The notes under the pieces were generated by a model. That model saw only the letters and a program-made list of their open reading frames with translations, did not search any database and was not told the origin of the DNA. Position numbers and translations under genes: made by a program. A DNA stretch of 64,000 nucleotides, from the NCBI GenBank assembly GCA_964016885.1, contig OZ024744.1, positions 43,524,001 to 43,588,000 of the forward strand. Reading direction: 5' to 3'. Numbering within the stretch: the first letter of the stretch is position 1; every line of letters begins with the position of its first letter. This document shows, piece by piece, positions 37,101 to 50,262 of this stretch. The DNA comes from Eledone cirrhosa (lineage: Eukaryota).

Positions 37101-38199
37101 AGGGTAACGTCCAGGAAATTCACCGTCTTATTGCTAGGATCTATCGTCACGGGTAAGCCGTGTTGCTTTAAAAAAATGCGATATGCGCTTCCTCATACGC
37201 TCCATCTGGCTGGGGTTTGGGAAACGGGAGGTAAAAAGTGCGTCATCTCTGTATATTCCTCCGCCGATGCCTGGGTTCTCCTCCGCTAATCTATGGAGGA
37301 GATAGATCCCCAACAGATCGGTCACCTGCGCCGAGTCGCTCGACCCCATGGTAATATCGAAATTGTCGGGTCTGTCCCTCCTCTCCCATAACTTGTCTTC
37401 GAATCTAATTAGCGTCTTTCTCGTTGCTACTATGAGGCTAGCCGCCTCCCTAGTGAGGTTGGACTTGGCCATGGCGCTCATGAGGGCCTTGTTCACTATT
37501 ACAGGTGATACTGACACGTAATAATTCGCTATATCTAAATTAAATACAATTTACCTGCTGTTTGCTATCTATTAGCGAGAACCAGTCAATTACCTCCTTA
37601 GTGGAGGTCCATAAGATAAGCCTAGTTTTGTTCCTAAGTACCGGTAGTATTCTGTCTATGATATTCTTGCTGGTCCTACCTATGTCTGATTTGGACGGTG
37701 TTATTAGCCTAACAGGTAGATTAGTTCTAAAGTCTAATTTATGATCCTTAATGGATATCCAAGGTTTTCTAGGTACATATATTTCGGTCCTATCATCTAT
37801 TCCTAGCCCGGTCATTATTTCTTTTTGGTCGTGGCGTTAATGTTATCTAGGTTGTCCTGTCCTGTGGTCCTGTAATTTTTCCTAATTTCTTTCCCGATGC
37901 AGTCGTTGTATGTAAAACGGTCAAGCATGTATACATTACCAGTTTTGTCCGAGGGCACAAGTAAATCCTGGCATTCTTCCATGCTTTTGATTGTGGATCT
38001 TAATTTCGGAGGTAATCCGTATGTCGTGTACATGATGTTTGTACATCTCATACTCCTCCTGTGTACTATCTCATACGCATACACGTCCCTACTTCTTTTT
38101 TATATATCTCTATGTGATGTTATATGTATATTTTTAATATATTGTATATTTCTTTTTTATATGTGTGTATATATGTATGCGTTTATGTATATATGTGTG

Positions 38200-38246
<47 letters not shown>

Positions 38247-38416
38247 ATATGTGTATGGATGTATGTATATAGTTATTTTGTTTTTATATGTGCATGTTTA
38301 CAACAAGATACATCCTTTAATGTATGACATTATATGTATATTTTAGTATATTGTAGGTTTTTTACATATGTGTATGTATGTGTGTGTATGTATATATGTG
38401 TGTGTGTGTGTATGTG

Positions 38417-38448
<32 letters not shown>

Positions 38449-38619
38449 TATGTGTATGGATGTATGTATATGGTTATATTGTTTATATATGTGTATAACA
38501 AGATACACCCTTTCATGTATGACCCTTTGTATGACCCATTATGTAGCTTTATATGACTTTGTGTGTATAACATATTTTTGTGTATAGACAGATATAAGTA
38601 TGTATCTTTGTAGACGTGC
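34118..38619 (-). mobile_element. Penelope-like element 1, with tandemly repeated 3' terminus and an inverted segment at its 5' end
   Basis: Direct repeat 34118-34345/34645-34865; inverted repeat 34864-35430/38040-38619 flanking the RT and GIY-YIG region. Confidence 0.88.
35794..38015 (-). pseudogene. Penelope-like RT plus GIY-YIG endonuclease, frameshifted
   Basis: SDKTGNVY, KDHK, RLITPSKSDIG, MGSSDSAQVTDL, IYRDD, NFLDVTL, LVYKC..YIGAT, CSLCLYE and CRH motifs. Confidence 0.92.
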
Positions 38620-39496
38620 GTCGGCCTGTAGTAATAGGCGCATATCTGTAAGAGTGTATATAAGAGTCTATATGTGTGTGTGTGTACGTGCACCCACTGT
38701 AGGGTAAGGGCTTGTTTGTGTGTATACATATGTATATATACATATATACATATATATGTGTGTTTGCGAGCGAGTCTGTTTGTGTTCCTGTATATACGGA
38801 CACGTGTGTGTATGTGCGTGTGCGTGTCTATGTATATGTCTGTACGTGTTTGTGTATACGAGTAGATATACGCGTATGCATGTGTGTGCGCCTGTGTGCG
38901 TGTGTGTGTGAGTTGATGTACGTGAGCATGTAGGCAGACGTCTGTGGACGTGTATGTCTATAGTTTTATGGGTTCTCTTTAGGTGCGTATGTATAGCGGG
39001 AGTATATTTGTACGGATGTTGTTATTTATATGATTGTGTGCGTGTGTGTGTGAGTGTGTATATATATATGTGTGTGTGTGAGTGCGCGCGTGGACGTGTG
39101 AACTACCAAACCCAGCAGGGATTCATTGAAGTGTGGCAGAAAAAAGCACAGCTGATGGTCAGTAAGACAGTACCTGTTGGTCAACATTTATAATGACGTA
39201 GAAAAACAACAGCTAATAACTGGACGGGCCAAGAGGATGTTTTTTTACGCTAACACCGCAGTGAGAAAATTTGATCCGAAGTCATTAGAAGTGTCTGTCG
39301 AACCTGCAGACCCAGAATCAGACAGATCCACACAATGATCGTGTCTCGAGCTGTCTGCCAGCGAAACAATTGTAACACGATAAATTGAGTTCAGATGCAT
39401 CACTGATTGTTCGTTTTATATTATATCATACTCTGCTCTGTACGAACATAGAGTGCTCAACCGGCATACCGCCTATTCGAAGCATCTTAGCTAGTA

Positions 39497-39599
<103 letters not shown>

Positions 39600-40251
39600 A
39601 ATTTTAGTACAGCATTGACGAAGCTTTAGAATACGGCCAAGCTAGCGTATATACATAATCGGTCTGTAGCTTGAGTACTCAGATGAGGAAAGACCCCAGA
39701 GTAATAACATTACGTTCAGACAGCTTAGCAAATTAGATATACCGGTCGGCAGTCCAGCCGCATCTCTAGAGCAACGAAAATACACGACCCAGGAAAAGAT
39801 TTTATCCTGACCCGGACATAGCGGTGAGGCTGAGTGCAAAATATATAACTTACATCGTATATCCACAATATAGATCACAATATCACATCCAACATCAGCG
39901 CTAAGTTTCTGCAAATCCAAGATCGACAAATTCCTATTGCAGGAGTCTGCAATATAATGGTTTTTGACGATAGAACATAGGATTTACTTCTTCAGCAAGT
40001 CTTTCGTTCTTAGCCAGAGCGGGTATTTTGTAGCTTTAAATGTCGCCACAGACACGTGGTTTACTCCAAGGGAGGTAACCCCCGCTTAGGCGGTGAATTT
40101 TAATTTGAGGTAAAGGAATAAATCGCTTTAGACAAATCGAATAAAGCATTCAACCAGAAGTTATCAAACAAACTTAAACAATTAATCAATCAATAGAATC
40201 ATCTAATTAAATTTATCAGTTAATCGTTAATTCTAGGAGATGCATATACAT

Positions 40252-40372
<121 letters not shown>

Positions 40373-40444
40373 AGGAATGTGGTAAGGAACCACATGGACC
40401 ATAACGCACCAAAGCACTCAATACTTAGGGTAGTAGAGTGGGTA

Positions 40445-40555
40445 ATAGGAACAAGTAGGACCCCGGCGGCTGAGCTCAAGCCGTTTCGACGGCTATTTCA
40501 ATCCAGAATTAGCCGTCGAGGCGGCTTGAGCTCAGCCGTCGGGGTCCTATTTGTT

Positions 40556-40560
<5 letters not shown>
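40445..40560. repeat. 116-bp GC-rich hairpin element next to (TA)n
   Basis: 40445-40495 pairs with 40510-40560; diverged half copy at 34030-34090. Confidence 0.85.
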
Positions 40561-40589
<29 letters not shown>

Positions 40590-40594
<5 letters not shown>

Positions 40595-40930
40595 GGGCAT
40601 AGAAATAATCGGGCTGGATACTCGATCGCACGTTTAAACTACTGGGAGTGAAGAACCCCTAGACTTTGTCAGGGCATTCTTCTAGGAGGAGGCAACTCAG
40701 GAAACTGGGATAACTCCGACATAAAACCTGCGGCTCAGTAGTTACCAATGATGTTGATCTTTTCTTCTTTTCGGGTTAAAACTACTGTCGCTCAGAGAGT
40801 GGGATTGGCTCAGTGCAGTCTTTCCTCTCTTAAAAAAAATATCTCCACGCACACGCATCGTACGATAACATTAATTGATAATTATTAATAATTTTATATC
40901 GTGCAATGCTCCCGAAGGGGCACCCATCAT
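40590..40930 (+). mobile_element. Short non-autonomous element ending in an RTE-like 3' tail and (GTAT)n
   Basis: 5' part inverted at 42032-42150; 3' part repeated at 42278-42491; tail resembles 41953-41991. Confidence 0.7.
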
Positions 40931-41094
40931 GTATGTATGTATGCATGTATGTATGTATGTATGTATGTATGTATGTATGTATGTATGTATGTATGTATGT
41001 ATGTATGTATGTATGTATGTATGTATGTATGTATGTATATGTGTATGTATGTATGTATGTATGTATGTATGCATGCATGCGTGTTTGTATGTAT

Positions 41095-41991
41095 GTTCAC
41101 TGGGGGGACCACATCAGTGATGTCGAGAGTTTGGAAAGCTCTATGTGTGACAGTATAGAAGCTCTTGTGCTTAAGCAACGACTCCGTTGGAGTGGTCACC
41201 TTACCAGGTTGAAGGATTCTAGAATACCAAAACAACTCTTTTATGGAGAGTTAGTTAAAGAAAAACGACCGCCACATAAACCAAAAAAGAAGTGTAAGGA
41301 TTCCTTGAAAGCCTCTCTGAAAGACGCTAACATCTCTGCTGATACATGGGAAAATATTGCAGCTGATTGTAGTAAATGGAGAAAGAATGTATATGAGGGA
41401 AAAGTTGCCTTTGAGGCATCTCGAATCGCATACGAGAAAGTAAAGCGGGATGTGAGGTAGGGCATTTCTGTTGCACTTCCAGACGGCGAGGGTCCTCCTA
41501 TGGTGCTGACATGCAGCGTCTGTGCGAGACTCTGCCTAAGCAAAGCTGGACTCGAAAGTCATCTTCGCAGTCATAAAGTAAGACCAGTGGTTGACTACCA
41601 GGCTGCTGTTGGAGATGCTACTCATCATGCTTGCCAAACATGTGGTAGAGAATGTAAATCAGCAGGAGGGCTCAAACGACATGCAAAAGTACATGAACTC
41701 CAACCGCAGCCGGCTATTCCCAGTGAATGTTTTGGTTGCCGACTTTGTGCAAGACATTTTAGATCATTGGATGGGCTAAAAAGCCACATTCGATCGCAGC
41801 GCTGTTAATTGCTATCGTGTGTGTGTATAGATATGTTTATGTGTGTGCGTGTGTGTATATATATATGTATATTATTATTGTTGTTGTTGTCGTTATTATT
41901 ATTGCTGTTATTATTATTATTATTGTTATTAATATATATATATTTTTTCTCATGCAATGGCCATACTCGATAACGAGGGGGCAGCCATCAT
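41095..41991 (+). mobile_element. RTE/BovB-like LINE 3' fragment with three C-terminal C2H2 fingers
   Basis: RLRWSGHLTR..RIPKQLFYGEL; CSVC..H..H, CQTC..H..H and CRLC..H..Q; flanked by (GTAT)n. Confidence 0.9.
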
Positions 41992-42031
41992 GTATGTATG
42001 TATGCATGTTTGTATGTATGCATATATGTAT

Positions 42032-42491
42032 GTCGGAGTTATCCCAGTTTCCGAGAAGAATGCCCTGACAAAGGCTCGGGATCCTTCACTCCCAGTGGTT
42101 TAACCGCGCGATCGGGTGTCCAGCCCGACTATTGCTATGTCCCCGCGCATATACATACTCATGCACCCATATATATACACAAATACATATACGTACATAT
42201 GTACATGTGTATATACATATTTACACACTTTTGGATGGCCGTTGACTCATATCAGTTCTTCCGCCCTTTGTCAGGTTTGCGGCTCAGTAGTTACCGATGA
42301 TGTTGATATTTTCTTCTTTTCGGATTATAGCTACTGTCGCTCAGAGAGTGGGATTGGCTCAGTGCACAGTCTTTCCTCATTTAAAAAAAATATCTTCACG
42401 CACAGGCATTGCACGATAGAATTAATTAATGATTATTAATAATGGTATATCGTGCAATGGCCATACTCGATAACGAGGGGGCAGCCATCAT
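42032..42491. mobile_element. Rearranged pieces of the short RTE-tailed element
   Basis: Inverted 5' part at 42032-42150; 3' part ends in TGCAATGGCCATACTCGATAACGAGGGGGCAGCCATCAT, identical to the RTE tail. Confidence 0.75.
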
Positions 42492-43214
42492 ATATCTATG
42501 TATATATATATATGTATATATATATATGTATGTATGTTTTTTTGTGTTTTTTTTAATTTTTTTTAATCGTTTGATGTTCATTTCATTTCATTCTGAAGCT
42601 TTTGTTGCTGTAAACATTAGTGCCATTGTTGTTGTAGATGTTGGGGTTGAAATCTGGTCGTTTGACTGAGTGATGTATATACACACATATACATAGATAT
42701 AACTACACATACACATTCAACACAGAGTAGAGAGTTTGTCAACAGGTCGATGACTTTAGTCTAGATAGGGTAATGACATGTGAGGGTGGGGAGAGAGTGT
42801 AGACGTTATTGTGGTGGTGGGGGACAGTGAGATGTATCTAGTTCATTTGTCCGTTTTCTTCACTTTTCAAAATTTGAATTTTAGCCATGTTATATTGAGA
42901 TGTAAGTAAATGTAAAATGTAAAATATAAATAAGGATTGCTCTGGTAAAATATACGAAAATATTTGTGTAACTTCCACAAACTTCTGTCGTGACATTCCC
43001 GAGTCCAGTGACCAAAACATTGTTGTATTTTGATGTTTCAGAATACAAAAATTAATTAAAAACTTACCCCACGAAAAAACAGCAAATAAAAAACACACAC
43101 ACAACACAACAACACAACAACAACATCAACTGCCAACAACATCCACAACCACCACCACCACCACCACCACCACAACCAGAGACCGGGCCTTAAGAAAACA
43201 ACAACTTTAATAAT

Positions 43215-43311
43215 TGTTTCTACTTATGCCACAAGGCCAGCAATACCCAGTGCATTACTGGTACTTTATTTTATCGATCCCGTAAGAATGAAAGGCAAAG
43301 TTAACCTCGGC
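43215..43311 (-). mobile_element. 5'-truncated SINE with 18-bp TSD
   Basis: AACAACAACTTTAATAAT at 43197-43214 and 43312-43329. Confidence 0.88.
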
Positions 43312-43334
43312 AACAACAACTTTAATAATAATAA

Positions 43335-43445
43335 TTTTTCTAGTTTTGGCACTGTTGTTGACTCCGTGGGGATGAAAGGCAAGGTTGACCTCGGCGGGAT
43401 TTCAGCTCGGAGCGCAGAGGGCCATAGCTCTATGCTGTGAAGCAA
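43335..43445 (-). mobile_element. Older degenerate SINE copy
   Basis: GATGAAAGGCAAGGTTGACCTCGGCGGGATTT core. Confidence 0.75.
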
Positions 43446-43545
43446 TCATAATATTAATGAACGGTAAAACGAACGGCTTCAACTATACGAACTCTTTCGA
43501 AAGTCAACAGTTGACAAAATCTTGTAATCTTGTATCAGTATATAT

Positions 43546-46500
43546 TCAAAATATTAATAAAAATATATAAATTCGTGTGATCAAGTATATTTTATTATAC
43601 ATATTTCAGAGGTATGAGCTATCTTCAGCAGTACGTCCACATCAGATAAAGTAAGATGATGCATGACATACTCTGACTTAGTAGATGGATAAGATTCCGT
43701 CATGGAAGTGAATAAGATATAACAAAACTCAATATTTATATACCTTAAGATTGAGACATGAAAAAATTACATATAATACAGAGGATGCGTATGGGAAAGC
43801 TTATAAAATACATAATAACAATTTACATAACTGTTAGAGATTCAAATAATTTAAATTATTGAAGAAAGAAGAAAGACAGAGAGAGAAACAGATGAGGAAA
43901 AAGATAGTTACGAGAAGTATAGAAATGTTTTATGCACGAAAGCAAAAGTGAATTGATTAAGGATAGAGAGACAAAGGAGAAGAATTGTTATAGTATAAAG
44001 CATAGGGAGGGAGATTTCAATTGTCGTGGATAAATAGCGTATAATTAGATGATGCAAAAAAACAAATATATATATAAATAAATAAATAAATATACATTTG
44101 GGCATAGCTTTGTGAAAGAATAATTTCGAATCTTTGAATTATCTAGAAATAATCAATCAATCTAAATATTAAATATATCTGGGTGTAGTTATATGAGGGT
44201 TTAATTTGGAGTCGTTAAGTTAATTAGAAATATACTATTAATCAATTATATATATCCAAATGTATCCGGATGACCGTTAAATTTCGAATCATTTATGTTA
44301 GTTCAAAATATTGAATTAATCTAATGGTATAATATTTCGGGCTATAAAAATTTATAAGTATTTATATTAAAGTATACTATCATATTTAATTTATATAATA
44401 TTAAAGTATTTGCAAACCTGAGAAAGAAGAGACTTAATTGTTTTGTTTATTCCGAAGGTAATGCATATTAAATTATATTTTAAAAAATTTATATTAAAGA
44501 GATTTTATATAAAAAATAATAATCATTATATAATTTAGAAAGTAATTACAATTATAACTTTAAAAACTTAAAATTAACAATTAGAATGCACTTAAGTATC
44601 CAAAGGCCTTATAATTATACTTAAAAAGGATATTATTAAACTAGATATACACATTTGTCTAAATTTATACAAAGAGTATATTGTTTAAAGTTTAAGACGA
44701 TATTAGTCAGTTATATATAATATAATATAATAAATACGTTACTGTTAATATTGTTAAAATTAAGGTTTTACATCAATTATTATATTAGGATCATGTAATA
44801 CGTATATACTATAAATATACAAATCAAACTTCATGAATCATAAAAGATAAGAACCAGATTCCAAATAAATAAATAAATGGTTTGCAATCCTATAAGTGTC
44901 AAATATCTAAGCTATATAATTTTAAAATACAAGAAAATTTTTAAGGATCTATATTATAGTATAATATCATATTTAAAGTGTCTGCAAACATGAGAAAGAG
45001 ACATAAGATTTTCATCAACCCGAAGGTAATCCAAATTTAATTATATTAAAAAAATTATAATCATTATATAATATTTAACAATTATAACACTAGAATGTCC
45101 TTAAGTATCTAAGGCACTTATAAATGTACCTAGAAGGATGTTATTAAACTAGATAAACACATTTGTCTAAATACATACAGAGTATTCTGTTTAAAACTCA
45201 AGACGATATTAGTGATTTATATACATATAATAAATAATAAATACAATTATTGTTAATAAAGTTATAATTGAAGTTTTGCATCAAGTTAAGTGGAAAAAGT
45301 TTGTCGACTAGGATCGTGTGCGACACATATATCATAAATACATAAATCAAACGTCTTGAATCTTAAAAACAACATATTCCAAATAAATAAATGAATGGTT
45401 CCTTGTAACTGTTAACCATATAAGCTATATATTTAAAAAAATACAAAAATCTCGACAAAATTAAATGTACTTACACAATCAAATGATATGCATATTCCTC
45501 AAGAGATCATGTTAATAGTCTATATGTTTATATATTTATATAGAGCCCTTAATCTAACATTAACATTAATCATATCCTAAATGAATAAACATTATTATAA
45601 GGTTTTATAATCTGTTATAGTATCATTTTACGCACTCATTTGATAAGAAACGTCAAAAATTAGAACTTATTCATTCAGTGTTTTTTCCTGACTTTTTGCG
45701 AGGCTTGGAATGTAGAAGAAACTTTATGTAGGCAATTTGCGAATAATTCACTTTTTTTGTTAATTAAATTTTCATAATTAGTAATTATTAATAGGATCTC
45801 CATAGTACAAAGATTGCAGTTAGGTGATATTGAAGAATTCAAGTAGATTCGACTATTACACAGCTTTGACCAAGAAATCGAGTATTTTAAATGTTTGTCT
45901 TTTAATGACCACATAAGTTGTGATAAAGAAGTCGAAGATTTCTTATTAGGATTCGAAAACGAACATTTGTGATTCGAAAAATTTATTTAAATGTCGATGA
46001 AGTTGCACCAATATTGTTGTATGTGATGTTATTTTCTTTTACGGTGCATTTACAGACCAGATTGCTATCCAGACAATTATTTTGCAGAGGGCAATTTGAT
46101 CTATTTCTACAATTACATTTCGATTTATTGTTATTACTATAAATTGGACAATTGACATTAACATTGCTAGTACTTTGAAGTGTTCTATTGATAGTGCTTA
46201 GATTAATGTTATTGTTATTCCTAGTATTAATATTGCGAGTGTTATTATATTCATTATCCCTAATTGTTTGCTGGTTATGATTTACAATTCTACTATTTAT
46301 TTTTGCAATGTTCTGGGCCATATTCATAGTTGTAGAATAAGAAAGCTTAATTGTGTGTCTGTTAAATATGGACGGTATTTATGTTGAATGGGGAAGCATT
46401 TATCTAAAGCTTTAAAGAATAGAATTGCGAATGGTGTTTTTATTGCTACAGATGCGGGAGTAGCAAACCATATAACTGATTTAGTTCTGATTTTTTTCCA

Positions 46501-46784
46501 GATTTATTCACGGTACAGGTGTTTGCATTATAATTTTTAGAATTTCGTTTATATATGTTAGTCTTATTTTTATCAGGATTATAATTCAAATTATTATTAT
46601 CTATATATTCAATATTATTTTTATAACCTGCCTTACGTAGCGCATCATTATAGTATCCTGCTTTTTCATCAAATATGGATGTATTAGTTATGGATTCTAG
46701 TTATGCGTTTCTGTACACTATTGACTATTGCATTTTTCACGGATTTAGGATGATTAGAGTAATGGCTAACGTTATTTAAGTTTC
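43546..46784 (-). mobile_element. Penelope-like element 2: inverted partial copy (thumb, GIY-YIG, 3' UTR, pLTR)
   Basis: Reverse complement of about 48387-51650. Confidence 0.92.
43588..43653 (-). ncRNA. Hammerhead copy with mutated core (CTGATGT)
   Basis: Homologue of 46906-46972. Confidence 0.55.
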
Positions 46785-46905
46785 ATATGTAATTTTTTCA
46801 TGTCTCAATCTTTTGGTATATAAATATTGAGTTTTGTCATATCTTATTCACTGCCATGACTGAATCTTAACCATCTACTAAGTCAGGGTATGTCATGCAT
46901 CATCC

Positions 46906-46972
46906 TATTTTATCTGATGAGGACGTACTGTTGAAGATAGCTCAGTACCTCTGAAATATGTATAATAAAATA
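46906..46972 (+). ncRNA. Minimal type I hammerhead ribozyme in the 5' pLTR
   Basis: Stem I TATTTTAT/ATAAAATA; CTGATGA 46914-46920; stem II GTACTG/CAGTAC; GAAA 46953-46956; short TATGTA stem III; AUA triplet. Confidence 0.82.
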
Positions 46973-47174
46973 TACTTGATCACACGATTGTCTATTTTTG
47001 TTAATATTTTGAATTAATATTAATAACTCCGGAAACCATTTCTGTGGAGTGCTTCCAATTTATTGTAAAACTCATTCTTTGATTTATTCATTGAACCTTG
47101 TTTAACCTTTAAATATATCTAGCTCCCAGCAGGTTGAGCGCTTTCTCTACAATAGATTACAAATTTAATAAATA

Positions 47175-49492
47175 ATGGAATTCTTCACGTTCCCGACATC
47201 TCTCAAGGATATACCTATACCATCTAATGAGGAATACTTGAGGAAGCTCATTAAGCAAACAAACTCTTTTATAAGAATAGTGAGATGGCATTTCGAAAAC
47301 AAAGAAGCTAAAAGGAAAAGCAACAACAATTATTTCGAAACCATCTTTAAATCTAGAAAAAATCCTCCATAAAACAAACTCCTGGAGGATTTTGAAACAG
47401 AAATGCTTAATATACTAAAGAAGATTAAATTCAAGAAAAACCCATATAAAGGTCACCAATACCTTTGAACTCTAAAGGAAAAAATCTTGGATATAAAAAA
47501 GTTAATAAAATATTGGTGAAGTTTGACAAAACCAACAACTTATATGGGATAGATAAAGCTGAATATAATCATTTAATTTTAAAAGAACTGCGGAAAAATT
47601 ATAGAAAAGCCCCGGCCGAAGATCTTATAGACATCAATAATGACGCGTTTAAATTAATAACCAAACTTGGAATTGAAGGAAGAACCGAACCTTTTATACC
47701 TAGACAGCCGAGGATGAATTTTAAGGATCACAAGAGAAACTTGGAGAAAGAAATGCCAGTTAGACTGATAGCTAAATCGGATATTGGAGTAACCAGTAAG
47801 ATTATTTTACCAACTCTGAAATTGAGTTCAAAATTGAGCTTATGGAAGGACACTAATGAAGTAATTGACTGGTTTAAAAATATAGAAAATAAGAAAAAAA
47901 TCACAAATTCATCCAAATAGCCACAGCAAGTTATTCTTCTTCTATTACAACTAACCTATTAAATAAGGCTTTGTCTTATGCTTACAAACATACAGATCTA
48001 ACTGCAGATGAAATCAATATCATATTAACTGCTAGAAGAACTCTAGTTATTAATTTCAACAATGAGTGATAGGAATAGAAACTTTGACATTACCATGGGA
48101 TCATCGGACTCTGCGCAGGTCGCCGATCTTCTGGGGATTGTTATCTTAAATATGGTAAATAGAAAACTGCCGGAGATTACCGGTGGTTTATATAGGGACG
48201 ATATTTTATTTACGGTTGTCAAGCATAGCAATACAGAACTAAATAGGGTTAAGAAAACTATAATTGATTTCTTTAAAAATTACGACCTTAAATTAGAAGT
48301 TGAAAGTAGTACCAAAATAGTTAATATCCTTGATGTTACCCTTAACTTAAACTCAGGATTTTATTACCCTTTCCATAAGCCCAATGAAAACTTAAATTAC
48401 GTTAGCTATTACTCTAATCACCCTAAATCCGTGAAAAATACAATAGTCAATAGTGTACAGAAACGCATAATTAGAATATCCGTTAATAAATCCATATTTT
48501 ATGAAAAAGCATGATATTATAATGACGCGCTACGTAAGGCAGGTTATAAAAATAATATTGAATATATAGATAATAATAATTTGAATTATAATCCTGATAA
48601 AAATAAGACTAACATAAACGAGATTCTAAAAGTTATAATACAAACACCTATACCGTGAATAAATTGGCGAAAAATCAGAACTAAAGCAGGTATAGGGTCT
48701 GCTCCTCCCGCATCTGTAGCAATAAAAACACCATTCGCAAATCTATTCTTTAAAGCTTTAGACAAATGCTTCCCCATTCAACATAAATACCGTTCCATAT
48801 TTAACAGACACACAATTAAGCTTTCTTATTCTACAACTATGAATATGGCCCAGAACATTGCAAAAATAAATAGTAGAATTCTAAATCATAACCAACAAAC
48901 AATTAGGGATAATGAATATAATAATACTAGCAATATTAATACTAGGAATAGCAATAGCATTAATCTAAGCACTATCACTAGAACACTTCAAATTACTAGC
49001 AATGTTAATGTCAATTTTCCAATTTATAGTAATAACAATAAATCTAAATGTAATTGTAGAAATAGATCAAATTGCCCTCTGCAAAATAATTGTCTGGATA
49101 ACAATCTGGTCTATAAATGCACCGTAAAAGAAAATAACATCACATACAACTATATTGGTGCAACTTCATCGACATTAAAATTAAGATTTTCGAATCACAA
49201 ATGTTCTTTTTCGAATCCTAATAGGAAATCTTCGACTTCTTTATCACAACTTATGTGGTCATTAAAAGACAAACATTTAAAATACTCGATTTCTTGGTCA
49301 AAGCTGTGTAATAGTCGAATTTACTTGAATTCTTCAATATCACCTAACTGCAATCTTTGTACTATGGAGATCCTATTAATAATTACTAATTATGAAAATT
49401 TAATTAACAAAAAAAGTGAATTATTCGCAAATTACCTACATAAAGTTTCTTCTACATTCCAAGCCTCGCAAAAAGTCAGGAAAAAACACTGA
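47175..49492 (+). pseudogene. Penelope-like RT plus GIY-YIG ORF (possibly Naiad-type), with stops and frameshifts
   Basis: SLKDIPIPSNEEY, DKTNNLY, KDHK, MGSSDSAQVADL, GLYRDD, ILDVTLNL, CNCRNRSNCPLQNNC, LVYKC..YIGAT and CNLCTME motifs. Confidence 0.92.
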
Positions 49493-50209
49493 ATGAATAA
49501 GTTCTAATTTTTGACGTTTCTTATCAAATGAGTGCGTAAAATGATACTATAACAGATTATAAAACCTTATAATAATGTTTATTCATTTAGGATATGATTA
49601 ATGTTAATGTTAGATTAAGGGCTCTATATAAATATATAAACATATAGACTATTAACATGATCTCTTGAGGAATATGCATATCATTTGATTGTGTAAGTAC
49701 ATTTAATTTTGTCGGGATTTATATATTTTTTCAAATATATAGCTTATATGGTTAACAGTTACAAGGAACCGTAAACCATTCATTTATTTATTTGGAATAT
49801 GTTGTTTTTAAGATTCAAGACGTTTGATTTATGTATTTATGATATATGTGTCGCACACGATCCTAGTCGACAAACTTTTTCCACTTAACTTGATGCAAAA
49901 CTTCAATTATAACTTTATTAACAATAATTGTATTTATTATTTATTATGTGTAATAACGTCTTAAGTTTTAAACAGAATACTCTGTATGTATTTAGACAAA
50001 TGTGTTTATCTAGTTTAATAACATCCTTCTAGTTACATTTATAAGTGCCTTAGATACTTAAGGACATTCTAGTGTTATAATTGTTAAATATTATATAATG
50101 ATTATAATTTGTTTAATATAATTAAATTTGGATTACCTTCGGGTTGATGAAAATCTTATGTCTCTTTCTCATGTTTGCAGACACTTTAAATATGATATTA
50201 TACTATAAT

Positions 50210-50262
50210 TGTTTCTACTATTGGCACAAGGCCAGAAATTACCCTGTACATTACTGGTACTT
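50210..50262 (-). mobile_element. 3' stub of the SINE, present in only one arm of the Penelope inverted repeat
   Basis: TGTTTCTACTATTGGCACAAGGCCAG..ACTGGTACTT; absent at the mirrored site near 44930-44955. Confidence 0.85.

Noticed and set aside
39600-40220. Unique-looking stretch with a 95-aa minus-strand ORF
   Set aside because: No recognisable domain or splice structure; unassignable without a search
42838-43107. GTAAGT donors on both strands and an 89-aa ORF
   Set aside because: No coherent exon or homology
48500-48670. In-frame TGA codons as possible selenocysteine in Penelope 2
   Set aside because: The TGA at 48512 is GGA in the mirrored arm, and the other lies in a frameshifted region that is not a Cys position
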